Assembly (NCBI GenBank): GCA_965222375.1
Contig: CBDCTZ010000014.1
Coordinates: forward strand, 352,001-416,000
DNA: 64,000 nucleotides
Reading direction: 5' to 3'
Source of the DNA: Polyangiaceae bacterium
GTDB lineage: Bacteria; Myxococcota_A; Polyangia; Polyangiales; Polyangiaceae
The notes under the pieces were generated by a model, which did no database searches, was not told the DNA's origin, and saw nothing but the letters and a program-made list of their open reading frames with translations. Made by a program: the position numbers and the translations under genes. Below, in pieces: positions 10,395 through 18,884 of this stretch (position 1 is the first letter of the stretch; each line of letters begins with the position of its first letter).

Positions 10395-10584
10395 CTGTCG
10401 CCTCGCGCAAAGCCATCGCTCGCGCGTCCGGCGCCCAAGCGAACACCGTATGCAGAACGGCCACCATGGCAGCCCTCCGCATCCGAAAGACGCCTCGGCG
10501 GCTACCTACCAGGTCACGAGCCACCCCATCACATCTCCGTGCCCACGCTGGTGCGTTTGCTGTGACAACTAGAAGCGCACCAGT

Positions 10585-10699
10585 CCGACAAAGTGCCCCC
10601 CCCGCGATGGTGGGAACGAAATGTGGCGGGTTGTGCGCAACTGGGCTGCCATTCGCCCGACAAAGTGCCCCCCCGCGTGCTGGGTGGGAACGAATTGTG
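10585..10699. repeat. Imperfect ~41-bp direct repeat x2 (ccgacaaagtg-C7/8-gcg...ggtgggaacgaa..tgtg), period 72
   Basis: Copies at 10585-10625 and 10657-10699. Confidence 0.9.
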
Positions 10700-10760
10700 T
10701 GGGAAAGGGCGGGAGTAGGGCGAGCGCGACGCCCCAGGGCTCGACCCCAACCCAATCACC

Positions 10761-12083
10761 TCAATCGTCGGGCTCGGGGTACAGGCTCGTGACTTTTCGG
10801 TGGACTCCGCCGAGCACGAAGGTCTGCATCTCGCCCTTGCCCTTGACGGTGATGGTGCCGCGCGGCTCGACCTCGAACTGGCTGCGCAGGGCGTCTGCGA
10901 CCCGTTCGGTGATCTGAATCGTGCCGGGTTCGCCGTGGCTTTCCATGCGCGCCGCCAGGTTCACGGTGTCGCCCCAGAGGTCGTAGGTGAACTTCTTGGT
11001 GCCGATCACGCCGGCTGCGACCGGGCCGGTATGAATGCCGATGCGGATCTGTAGACGATCCCCAGTCGGGGTCACGAATGTTTCGACGACTTCACGCATG
11101 GCCAGAGCCAAGCGCGCTACGGCCTCGACGTGATCGCCGCGGGGCGTGGGAAGCCCACCAGCCACCATGTAGGCATCGCCGATCGTCTTGATCTTCTCCA
11201 AGCCGAAGGTTTCCGTGAGGGCGTCGAACTTGGAGAAAACCTCGTTTAACAATCGGATCAGTTCCGTCGTGGTGATCTTCGCGCTCAAGGGCGTGAAACC
11301 AACGATGTCTGCGAAGAGCACGGTGGCCTCGTTGAAGTTCTGCGCAATGGCGCCTTTGTCCTTCTTCAATCGTTCGATGATGGGCTGGGGCAATATGTTG
11401 AGCAGCAGCTGGTCGGCGTTGTCGCGCTGGATGCCCATTTCGAGCCGAGCTCGAAGCTCTTCGGCGCGAAGTGCGTAGCTCAGCTTGGTTCCCAGAAATG
11501 CGACGGCTCCGGCACTAGCCACGTAGGCCATGCCAGAAAAAAGCCAGCCGCCCTCTCCGGCTTTGAGCACGTAGAGGGCTGACGCCACGTATCCGGCCGC
11601 GATCAGCAAGGCGATGCGCAGCATCCGGCGCGCAGTGAAGGGAAAGAGCAAGCCCGTACACACCAGCAGCAATACCAAGCCTTCGGTGCCCGAACTCACA
11701 CCCCACTCGAGGACGAACAACAGCAGGTAGCCCGCCGTGATCAAGGTCAGAGCCTCGGCCAGGGCACCCGCATGTCGCTCTAGGCGCGGTACGTAGGTCA
11801 GCGCGGAAAAGGTGAGCGAGATCGAAATGATCAGGGAACGGCGGGCGAGTTCCTCCACCAAGAGGCCGCCAGCGAAGACGACCAGAGAAACGAAAAAGAG
11901 GAGGTGTACGCCGGCGTAGAGCGCGCCGGCGATCCGCAGGCGACGCAGAGTCAGCTCTCGCAGGTTTTCCGCCAGCTCGTCGTCGATGAACTGCTTGCTT
12001 GCACCCTCGGTGAAGATGGACGCCACGGACGGGGGAAGCTGGGACTGCGGCTCCACGGGCCAACTGTAGCCGAGCGCTGGCAC
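10761..12083 (-). CDS. Membrane-bound class III adenylate/guanylate cyclase
   Basis: About 6 TM helices, then LLLNILP, TVLFADIVGFT, EKIKTIGDAYM, RIGIHTG, YDLWGDTVNLAARMES; start may be GTG at 12056. Confidence 0.95.
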   Translation of the reverse strand: MPALGYSWPVEPQSQLPPSVASIFTEGASKQFIDDELAENLRELTLRRLRIAGALYAGVHLLFFVSLVVFAGGLLVEELARRSLIISISLTFSALTYVPRLERHAGALAEALTLITAGYLLLFVLEWGVSSGTEGLVLLLVCTGLLFPFTARRMLRIALLIAAGYVASALYVLKAGEGGWLFSGMAYVASAGAVAFLGTKLSYALRAEELRARLEMGIQRDNADQLLLNILPQPIIERLKKDKGAIAQNFNEATVLFADIVGFTPLSAKITTTELIRLLNEVFSKFDALTETFGLEKIKTIGDAYMVAGGLPTPRGDHVEAVARLALAMREVVETFVTPTGDRLQIRIGIHTGPVAAGVIGTKKFTYDLWGDTVNLAARMESHGEPGTIQITERVADALRSQFEVEPRGTITVKGKGEMQTFVLGGVHRKVTSLYPEPDD

Positions 12084-12194
12084 CAGACCCTAAGGGGGTG
12101 GCGTTTGACGAGCCGGCAGCCAGAAACTTGCCCGAAAAGGCCGCTACCTGCGAAGAGCCGAGCCAAGGCCCTACTCTGGGCACTGCTGCACCCA

Positions 12195-14651
12195 ATGTCG
12201 AGACGTCGCGTCGAGCCCGAGCTTGTTGATCTTCGGAAGTTAGCTGAGAGATTGGCGCAGGAGAGAAAGGAGCGCCTGACCAGCGCGCACTTGCTTGCTG
12301 CCATTGCCGCGACCCGGAGCCCAGCCCAGGACTTGCTGTCCGAGCGCCGGATCAAGACCGAGGACATCCTACGGGTGGCTCGCGCGACGACCGGGGATTT
12401 GGAGGACCCGATTCGCAGCATGGTGCAGAAGGCACGGGCCATGTCCGCCCGCATGGGTGCGACGGAAACTCGCGCGATTCATCTGCTGCTCGCGTTGGTT
12501 GGTGAACGACGCGCTCGGTCGTTTCGGACCCTGGAAGCCTTCGGCGCGGACGTTGGCCGATTGCGTGCCGCAAGTATGAACCTTGGCCTCGGCATTTCCG
12601 TTCCCCGGCGCAACGCCTCGCAGGTCATCGAAGTGGAGCGCCGTGCCATGGCGGCGGCTGTGAGGGAGGCACCGACCAACGTCGAGCCACCGAAACCCAG
12701 GACCCCCACGTCATCCGCGGAGCTGGTTCCAGATCCGACCTGCCCCATGGCGAGCGGAAAGCCGAAGGCGGCCGCTCAGCGACCGTCCAAGCCGCCGCCC
12801 CCCGCGCCGGTTCGTGCCCCGGAGGCCCAACCGAAGACGACGCGATTCCATCTCGATCCTCAGCGCTTTCCAACGTTGACGGAGTTGGGCACGAACTTGA
12901 CGGAGCTGTGTGCGCAGAACCTTTCTGAACCCGTCGTCGGACGCGAGCGGGAAGTCGAGCAGATCCTCGACGTGTTGGCGAAGCGTCATGAAAATAGCCC
13001 GCTATTGGTTGGTGGGCCGGGAGTTGGCAAGACCAGCGTGGTGCGCGCGCTGGCCGCCCAGGTTGCCGCGTCGGATTCGACGACCTCCTTGGACGACCGC
13101 ATCGTCGTCGAGATCCCAGTGGCGGACTTGCTCGCGGGGACTGGTGTGCGTGGTGCGTTGGCGGCTCGGATGAGCGCGCTCCGAAAAGAGGTGGGGCAAG
13201 CGGCAGGGCGTGTCGTGCTTTTCTTCGATGAAATCCACCAGCTCTTCAGTGACGCCTCCGACGAAATCACGGGGGAGCTGAAGTCCGCTCTGCAGAAGGG
13301 TGAGTTGCCATGCATTGGTACGACGACGCCCGAGGATCTGAAACGCGTCATCGATGCCGACCCAGCGCTGATGCGTCGCTTCACCTTCGTGGAGGTGGAG
13401 GAACCGAGTCGCGAAGACGCTTATCTGATCCTGGAAGCCCTGGCGCCCGGGCTCAGTGGGCATCATGGCGTTGCCTACGAAACCGAAGCGCTGGCGCTTT
13501 CCGTCGCCTGGTCGATCCGCTATCTACCCGGGCGCGCTCTGCCCGACAAGGCAGTCCAGGTCATCGATCTGGCTGGGGCGCGCAGTCGTCGTCGCGGTGC
13601 TGCCTCCGTGGGAAGCAACACCGTTGCCGAAATCGTGGCGGAAGCTGCGGACATGCCCGTGGAACGCCTGCTCGAAAGTGATGCGGAGCGTCTGCTCAGT
13701 TTGGAGCGGATCGTTGCGGATCGTGTCGTGGGGCACGCGGCGGCGGTGCAGCGCATTGCAGCGATCTTGCGGCGCAATGCCGCAGGCATGGGCGCGCGCC
13801 GCCCCATCGGGACCTTCTTGCTCCTCGGACCGACAGGTGTGGGGAAGACGGAGATGGCAAAGGCCGTCGCAGAAGTGCTGTTCCACTCCGAAAACGCGAT
13901 GACCCGCTTGGACATGTCCGAGTACAGCGAGGCCCACGCCGTAGCGCGGCTCATCGGTGCCCCGCCGGGCTACGTTGGCCACGAGGCTGGAGGGTTGCTG
14001 ACGGAAGCCATTCGTCGACGTCCGTACCAGGTGTTGCTCCTCGACGAGATCGAGAAGGCGCACCAGGACGTGCTGGAGTCGTTCTTGGGCGTATTCGACG
14101 AGGGGCGCATGACCGATGGCCGGGGCCGTACCGTGGATTTCACGAACACGGTGATCTTCATGACCTCCAACATCGGTGCGTCGGAAGCGGGGGGAGGCAA
14201 ACGCCGAGTCGGATTCGGGGCCGCCGACGCTGCCGGGGACCGAGATCTCGAGCAGCGGATCACCGCAGCCGCTCGGACTGCGCTGACTCCAGAGCTCTAC
14301 AACCGAATCGATGAAGTGCTTGCGTTTACGCCACTGAGTCGAGAAGAAGTCGTCGAGATTGCGCGGCGTTTGCTGGCCAACCTCGACCAGGCATTGCTGG
14401 AACGACGTGGCGTACGTGTTGAAGCGGACGACCGTGCGGTCGAGTTCTTGCTGGATAGTGGTGGTTTCGATCCAACCTTGGGCGCGAGGCCCCTCAAGCG
14501 CACCATCCTGCGGCTGATCGAAGCGCCCCTGGCCGAGAAGATCCTTCGCGGTGAGCTTGCGGCGGGCAGTGTCGCTCTGGTGAGCGTCGAGGATTCGGAA
14601 CTAGTCATCGACGTGGTCGATGCCAGTTCCGATGCGACGGCCGCCGAGTAG
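12195..14651 (+). CDS. ATP-dependent Clp protease ATP-binding subunit (ClpA/ClpC type)
   Basis: Clp_N repeats, Pro-rich linker, two AAA+ modules (GGPGVGKT / FFDEIH; GPTGVGKT / LLDEIEKAH), RYLPGRALPDKA, VGFG ClpP-docking loop, GARPL; start taken at ATG 12195. Confidence 0.93.
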   Translation: MSRRRVEPELVDLRKLAERLAQERKERLTSAHLLAAIAATRSPAQDLLSERRIKTEDILRVARATTGDLEDPIRSMVQKARAMSARMGATETRAIHLLLALVGERRARSFRTLEAFGADVGRLRAASMNLGLGISVPRRNASQVIEVERRAMAAAVREAPTNVEPPKPRTPTSSAELVPDPTCPMASGKPKAAAQRPSKPPPPAPVRAPEAQPKTTRFHLDPQRFPTLTELGTNLTELCAQNLSEPVVGREREVEQILDVLAKRHENSPLLVGGPGVGKTSVVRALAAQVAASDSTTSLDDRIVVEIPVADLLAGTGVRGALAARMSALRKEVGQAAGRVVLFFDEIHQLFSDASDEITGELKSALQKGELPCIGTTTPEDLKRVIDADPALMRRFTFVEVEEPSREDAYLILEALAPGLSGHHGVAYETEALALSVAWSIRYLPGRALPDKAVQVIDLAGARSRRRGAASVGSNTVAEIVAEAADMPVERLLESDAERLLSLERIVADRVVGHAAAVQRIAAILRRNAAGMGARRPIGTFLLLGPTGVGKTEMAKAVAEVLFHSENAMTRLDMSEYSEAHAVARLIGAPPGYVGHEAGGLLTEAIRRRPYQVLLLDEIEKAHQDVLESFLGVFDEGRMTDGRGRTVDFTNTVIFMTSNIGASEAGGGKRRVGFGAADAAGDRDLEQRITAAARTALTPELYNRIDEVLAFTPLSREEVVEIARRLLANLDQALLERRGVRVEADDRAVEFLLDSGGFDPTLGARPLKRTILRLIEAPLAEKILRGELAAGSVALVSVEDSELVIDVVDASSDATAAE

Positions 14652-14656
14652 CTAGT

Positions 14657-16006
14657 TTAGCGCCGCGCCCGACGACGGCGTGCGATGGCACCGAAGCCGA
14701 GCAGACCAAGCAAGAGCTGGGGCCAGGCTGGCCGGGATTGCGCCACCACGCGGCAGCCGCAGCCGCTGTCTTCCTCTTTGGGAGCCGCACTCGTCGCCCC
14801 GCCCGAGCCCGCCATGGCACCGGAGCCTGCGCTGCCCCCGGCGCCCGCGCCTGCGCTGGCGCCACTGCCCGCGGCGGCGCCGACGCCGCCCGCGCCTGCG
14901 CCGCTTCCTGCGCTGCCCCCTGCGCCGCCCGTCGCCGGTAGCCCGCCGGCACCGCCGGCAGCGATGCAGTTCTTGAGTTCGTCGAAGACCGGTTTCTTCT
15001 GAAAGTTGTCTGCGTAGGTCGCGTCAGGGTCCTTCACCCGTAGCGCGAATCCCCACTGAATGTCGGGCCACAGGCCTCCCGGGTGCTCCTCGGTCAACTC
15101 GTAGAAGAAGGTCTTGGTCCACCAGGGCCGAGAGGCTTGCGCCACGACGACGCGCTCCACGTACTTGCGTTGATTCTCCAGCTCCGCCGTATCGCCCAAC
15201 TTGGCCTCGAGCCCGGTTTCCGTCAGCCACAGCGGAAGAGAGCCGAAGCCTTGTTTGACCATGACCTCCCGAGCACTGAGGGGCCCCTCATAGACGATCG
15301 CGCCACCAATATCGATCACGCGGTGTTTCTCGAGCTTGTTGTAGAAACTGTCCTTGGTCAGGCCTGCGCTGGCGTCGTCTTCCGGGAAGCTGGAGTAGAT
15401 GTGGAAGCTGACCGCATCCAGTTTCGAGCCGCGGGAAACCAGTGCCGCCTCCAGGTACTCGTCGTAGTTGCTCCCAACGCTCGCGAGCTCCGGTCCCACG
15501 ACGGGGCAGCTAGGGCAAGCGTCTTTGATAGCGTCCACGGTTACCGTGAAGACATTGTCGATCCACTGTTGTTTGCTGCCTTCGAAAAACTGTTCCAGGT
15601 TGGGTTCGTTCCAGGTTCCCCAGGCCGCGACTCGACCGTCCGAGTAGCGTTTCACGGAGTCCATCACGAAACGTCGTAATTCCGTGGGGTCGGGGACGTC
15701 GTTGGTGGCGCCATCTTTCTTGATGTCGCCGGATACGGACGCCCAAGCCGCCCCGTAACCGATGGTTGCGAATACCTTCAACCCGCGGGCCTTCGCATTG
15801 TCGAGCAGCTTGTCGAAGATGGCGTAGTCGATCTTGCCTTTTTGGGGCTCGACGATGTCCCAGTTGAAGTCGATGCGAATCCACTCCGTGCCGAGCTCTT
15901 TGGTTAGATCCAGGGTATCGCTCGGGGGCACATGCACGCACACTCCAAGTGCTATCGCGCTGCAGACTGCCGGAAATGCCATGCCAGGGAGTATGCCACG
16001 GAACAC
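14657..16006 (-). CDS. Clan GH-A glycoside hydrolase (GH5/GH39-like) with MYXO-CTERM sorting tail
   Basis: WIRIDFNW...E, WNEPN acid/base, SFHIY, WLTETG nucleophile; Gly/Ala linker; DSGCGCRV + hydrophobic + RRRR tail. Confidence 0.85.
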   Translation of the reverse strand: MFRGILPGMAFPAVCSAIALGVCVHVPPSDTLDLTKELGTEWIRIDFNWDIVEPQKGKIDYAIFDKLLDNAKARGLKVFATIGYGAAWASVSGDIKKDGATNDVPDPTELRRFVMDSVKRYSDGRVAAWGTWNEPNLEQFFEGSKQQWIDNVFTVTVDAIKDACPSCPVVGPELASVGSNYDEYLEAALVSRGSKLDAVSFHIYSSFPEDDASAGLTKDSFYNKLEKHRVIDIGGAIVYEGPLSAREVMVKQGFGSLPLWLTETGLEAKLGDTAELENQRKYVERVVVAQASRPWWTKTFFYELTEEHPGGLWPDIQWGFALRVKDPDATYADNFQKKPVFDELKNCIAAGGAGGLPATGGAGGSAGSGAGAGGVGAAAGSGASAGAGAGGSAGSGAMAGSGGATSAAPKEEDSGCGCRVVAQSRPAWPQLLLGLLGFGAIARRRRARR

Positions 16007-16024
16007 CGGGTGCGCTGCGACGAG

Positions 16025-16729
16025 CTACCAACTATCGGCTACGGCGTACTGACCGCGCTGCGTATCCATCGCGAGGTACGAGAACTTTCCTTCCGCACAG
16101 GAACCGCTGTTCAAAAACAGTCGATCCCCGTGCTCTGCTCGGGCCGCGATGTGGGTATGGCCCGTGACCACAACGTCCACGGAGCGCGCCCGGGCTTCCC
16201 GCACTGCCCAGCGTTGAAAAGTGCAGCGCAGGGCATCCCGGGAAGCGCCACCGCGCAGTCCGTCCAAGGAGCGAAACAACTTGTAGACCGAGGCGAGTCC
16301 GATCCGCCGAATCCAACCGCCAAGCCATACGCCGAACTCGCTCACGAATCGGGCGTGCTTCACGATCAGGTCATTCTGGTGACCATGGGTGAACAAGATG
16401 CGCACGCCCTTGGCCGACACCAGCCACTCATCGGGAGTGCTCTGGGTTCCTGCAACGAGGTCGTGATTGCCATGCACGTATGCGTACTGGGGCCGCTCCA
16501 GGCGGTTCGCGATCTCCCGGTGATGGCCGCGGGCCCGAGCCAATTCCACCCGGGGGTCACCATATTGCCTCCCCGTCAGCGTTTCCCAAATGTCGCCCAG
16601 CAATACGATGCGCTCGAAGTTCGCCTCCAAAAAGCGAAGGAACCTCAGGAATTCACCATCATCGTGGCCGAACAAGTCCGTCGGGCCACCGGCGCCCAAA
16701 TGCAGGTCGGAAATGACGGCGATCTTCAT
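16025..16729 (-). CDS. Calcineurin-like metallophosphoesterase (LpxH-like family)
   Basis: ISDLHLG, LLGDIWE, HGNHD, HGH, GHTH, NSGS motifs. Confidence 0.9.
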   Translation of the reverse strand: MKIAVISDLHLGAGGPTDLFGHDDGEFLRFLRFLEANFERIVLLGDIWETLTGRQYGDPRVELARARGHHREIANRLERPQYAYVHGNHDLVAGTQSTPDEWLVSAKGVRILFTHGHQNDLIVKHARFVSEFGVWLGGWIRRIGLASVYKLFRSLDGLRGGASRDALRCTFQRWAVREARARSVDVVVTGHTHIAARAEHGDRLFLNSGSCAEGKFSYLAMDTQRGQYAVADSW

Positions 16730-16839
16730 TCGCTTCGCAAAGGAAACTTACCCACACTTATCCTAGCGCGCTGCCGTTCTGTCGCAAGTCGGCCTGACCT
16801 AATTGGGGCGCCGAGAGCCGCGCGATCGGACCCAGTTGT

Positions 16840-18255
16840 TCAAGCCGCGGCTGCGCGCCGGCGGCGCCGAACCACGACCAAGGCGGAGAAGCCGAACACC
16901 AACGCCAAGCCATTCGGGCTGACGGGCGCGTTGCCCGGGGTGCGACAGCCACAGCCGCCGGAGTCTCCGGCGCTTGCGGGGTCGCCGGGGTTGGTTGGGT
17001 CTGGTTCCGTGCCTGGGTCGGCTTTGGCGCCGTTGGCCACGAGGGTCACGGTACGAAACCGATGGTCCGGGTCATTGGTGACGAAGGTGAGGGTGGTCTT
17101 CACGGGGCCGGCCGCCTTGGGCGTGAAACCTATCTCGACGTCTTGTTTCAGCATGCTGGGGACGAAGACTTCACCCGGATAGGGCTTGAATTGGTCTGTG
17201 TACTTCGCATCCACGAACGCTGCCGCCTTGGCCTTGGCCTCGCCGATGTTGGACAGACTCACTGCCAGGCGCTTTTCTTCACCGACGGCGACCGTGCCGA
17301 AATCGATGGTTGCAGGCAGGGGTTCCAAATCCGGTAGCGGAACGTGTACCCGTACGGGATCGAAGTCGAAGTCTGCGGAACCGATGGCGAGGGTGATCGG
17401 GACGTCGATAATGGGCATCGAGAAGTCCTTGCCCAGGACCTTCAGGAACAGCGTGGGAATCAGGTGTAGTGTGCCGCTGTAGTCCACGCGGCCTTCGGGC
17501 CACACGTCGTACTCGACGAAGGCGCCACCGGCGAAGGCGCGGGTCACGGTGTCCGTGTCCGACTCGATGCTCTTTTCCGAAGTCTTCACCGGTTCGACGT
17601 GCATCTTCTCGGTGACGTAGGTGGCCGACAGCTCACCCGCCACATCGAGCGCTACGCCACCCTTGCTGATCTGGCTCGGTATTCCGGCCAACTCGAGCAG
17701 ATTCACGTCGAAGAGGCGTGCGTTGGGTGACTTGCCCGAGGTCTCCACTCCGTTGGGCTCGAAGGCCCAACTCGTGAACTCTTTCTGCCCGATGAGTTTG
17801 AAATCCACCTTGGGCACGAAGGGAATGTCGCCGGTCCACTTGATTCCAACGCCCAGCACCGTGAGATCGATCTTGGCCTGCGCGCCAATAGCGAGTCCGT
17901 ATTCGAATTGGAGCAGCCCTGCACCGCCGCCGGGCGTCGCCAAGGTCATCGCTTCGGGCCAGGTCGTTTCTAACTCCCCATCCATCTTTACCCGGGTGAA
18001 GGCGGGTAATTCGGCGTACAGGCGAACCTGGAGTTTGGAGCCCTTTGGAATGAAGCCCGTGTCGAAGTCGAAGGCGATGGGCAGCTTGTGGGTCTTGTCG
18101 AAGGTCAGTGGCGCAAAGGCGCACTCGAGCTCCGTCTGGCTGCAGTACTCGGCGATGACCGCTGCGCCACTCGGCGCTGCCGCGGCGTTTGCCGTAGACA
18201 AAGACACCAGGGCGAGCGCAACAGCACCCGCCGAAAGCCCAATCAAGCCTCGCAT
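16840..18255 (-). CDS. Secreted beta-rich protein with Ig-like (ASH/choice-of-anchor D) domain and MYXO-CTERM tail
   Basis: Signal peptide; IDFGTVAVGEEK...SNIG...FTP...TLTFVTNDP Ig-like motif; DSGGCGCR + TM + RRRRR. Start set at ATG 18255 (ORF track gives 18264). Confidence 0.8.
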   Translation of the reverse strand: MRGLIGLSAGAVALALVSLSTANAAAAPSGAAVIAEYCSQTELECAFAPLTFDKTHKLPIAFDFDTGFIPKGSKLQVRLYAELPAFTRVKMDGELETTWPEAMTLATPGGGAGLLQFEYGLAIGAQAKIDLTVLGVGIKWTGDIPFVPKVDFKLIGQKEFTSWAFEPNGVETSGKSPNARLFDVNLLELAGIPSQISKGGVALDVAGELSATYVTEKMHVEPVKTSEKSIESDTDTVTRAFAGGAFVEYDVWPEGRVDYSGTLHLIPTLFLKVLGKDFSMPIIDVPITLAIGSADFDFDPVRVHVPLPDLEPLPATIDFGTVAVGEEKRLAVSLSNIGEAKAKAAAFVDAKYTDQFKPYPGEVFVPSMLKQDVEIGFTPKAAGPVKTTLTFVTNDPDHRFRTVTLVANGAKADPGTEPDPTNPGDPASAGDSGGCGCRTPGNAPVSPNGLALVFGFSALVVVRRRRRAAAA

Positions 18256-18331
18256 CGGGGTCATTGTAGCACTCGGCTGGGCGACTTATCGCGACCCTTG
18301 GCCCGGAGGGCTATACTCCGCGGCCCCCGGA

Positions 18332-18781
18332 GTGGAAACCGAGTCTGATTTGTCGTCCCCCCGAAAGAGTGATAGCGAGCCCGACTCGCTCGTGGAAAGC
18401 AGTGTCGTCGCGCTCAAGAATCGCCGCTGGGATCTGGTCGGCGTGGTGCTCTCAGGCGCCTGCGCGGTGCATTGCGCCCTGACCTCCGTTCTGCTTGTGG
18501 CCCTACCGGCGGCGGGCACCTTTGCTAGCCACGAAACCCACCAAGTTTTGGCGGTTTTGGCGGCAACTGTTGCTTCTGTCGTCTTCGTGCCGTCGCTGCT
18601 GAGGCGCCACTACCGCTTGCCCGCGCTCGCAGGTCTGGGTGCTGTCATGGTGGTGTCTGCGGCGTTCGCTCCCCTGTCGACCGCCCAGGAAATTGGCGTC
18701 ACCGTTGTCGGGGGGCTCCTTCTCGTGACCGCCCACCTAAAGCACGCCCGGCGGCACGCCAGTTACCATCACTCTCATTGA
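18332..18781 (+). CDS. MerC-family membrane protein with His-rich tail
   Basis: WDLVGVVLSGACAVHCAL motif, four TM segments, GGLLLVTAH, C-terminal HHSH; start uncertain (GTG 18332 or 18392). Confidence 0.75.
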   Translation: METESDLSSPRKSDSEPDSLVESSVVALKNRRWDLVGVVLSGACAVHCALTSVLLVALPAAGTFASHETHQVLAVLAATVASVVFVPSLLRRHYRLPALAGLGAVMVVSAAFAPLSTAQEIGVTVVGGLLLVTAHLKHARRHASYHHSH

Positions 18782-18860
18782 GTTACCGGTAACCGTTTCT
18801 GTGCTGGATTAGATTTAGCAATTAAAATCAAACAGTTACACATTTGGATCGCCTTCTGCA
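18782..18860 (+). promoter_or_regulatory. Putative sigma54 promoter with IHF site and upstream palindrome
   Basis: GTTACCGGTAAC palindrome 18782-18793; AATCAAACAGTTA (IHF consensus WATCAANNNNTTR) 18826-18838; TTGG-N10-GCA with GG 18846-47 and GC 18858-59. Confidence 0.6.
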
Positions 18861-18884
18861 TTACTCCTAGGCACCCTGTCAGAA

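Larger units (their letters stand above)
8921..10536 (-). mobile_element. IS110-family insertion sequence, IS1111 subgroup
   Basis: DEDD transposase; 10-bp sub-terminal inverted repeats atggggtggc (8923-8932) / gccaccccat (10520-10529); CT dinucleotide at both junctions (8921-8922, 10535-10536); long non-coding region downstream of the transposase. Confidence 0.88.
8874..10754. repeat. Imperfect inverted-repeat-bounded MITE/REP-like element (~265 bp without the IS), interrupted by the IS
   Basis: gggtttggggtcg (8874-8886) vs cgaccccaaccc (10742-10753) and gccctactc (8908-8916) vs gagtagggc (10713-10721), with equivalent spacing; no target-site duplication seen. Confidence 0.5.

Noticed and set aside
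8880..10748. Tn3-family 38-bp terminal repeats (GGGGTCG...CGACCCC)
   Set aside because: Similarity is limited to the first 7 bp; no internal Tn3 IR motif or 5-bp TSD.
8911..10755. 614-aa ORF spanning the whole IS
   Set aside because: Alternative frame of the transposase, Arg/Ala/Gly-rich, no recognisable motifs, and it crosses the IS boundaries.
11904..12194. 97-aa N-terminal extension of the Clp ATPase
   Set aside because: Overlaps the divergent cyclase gene; Clp_N similarity begins after ATG 12195.
17621..18331. N-terminal part of the 386-aa ORF 17621-18781
   Set aside because: Antisense to the MYXO-CTERM gene; only the MerC-like 3' part is credible.
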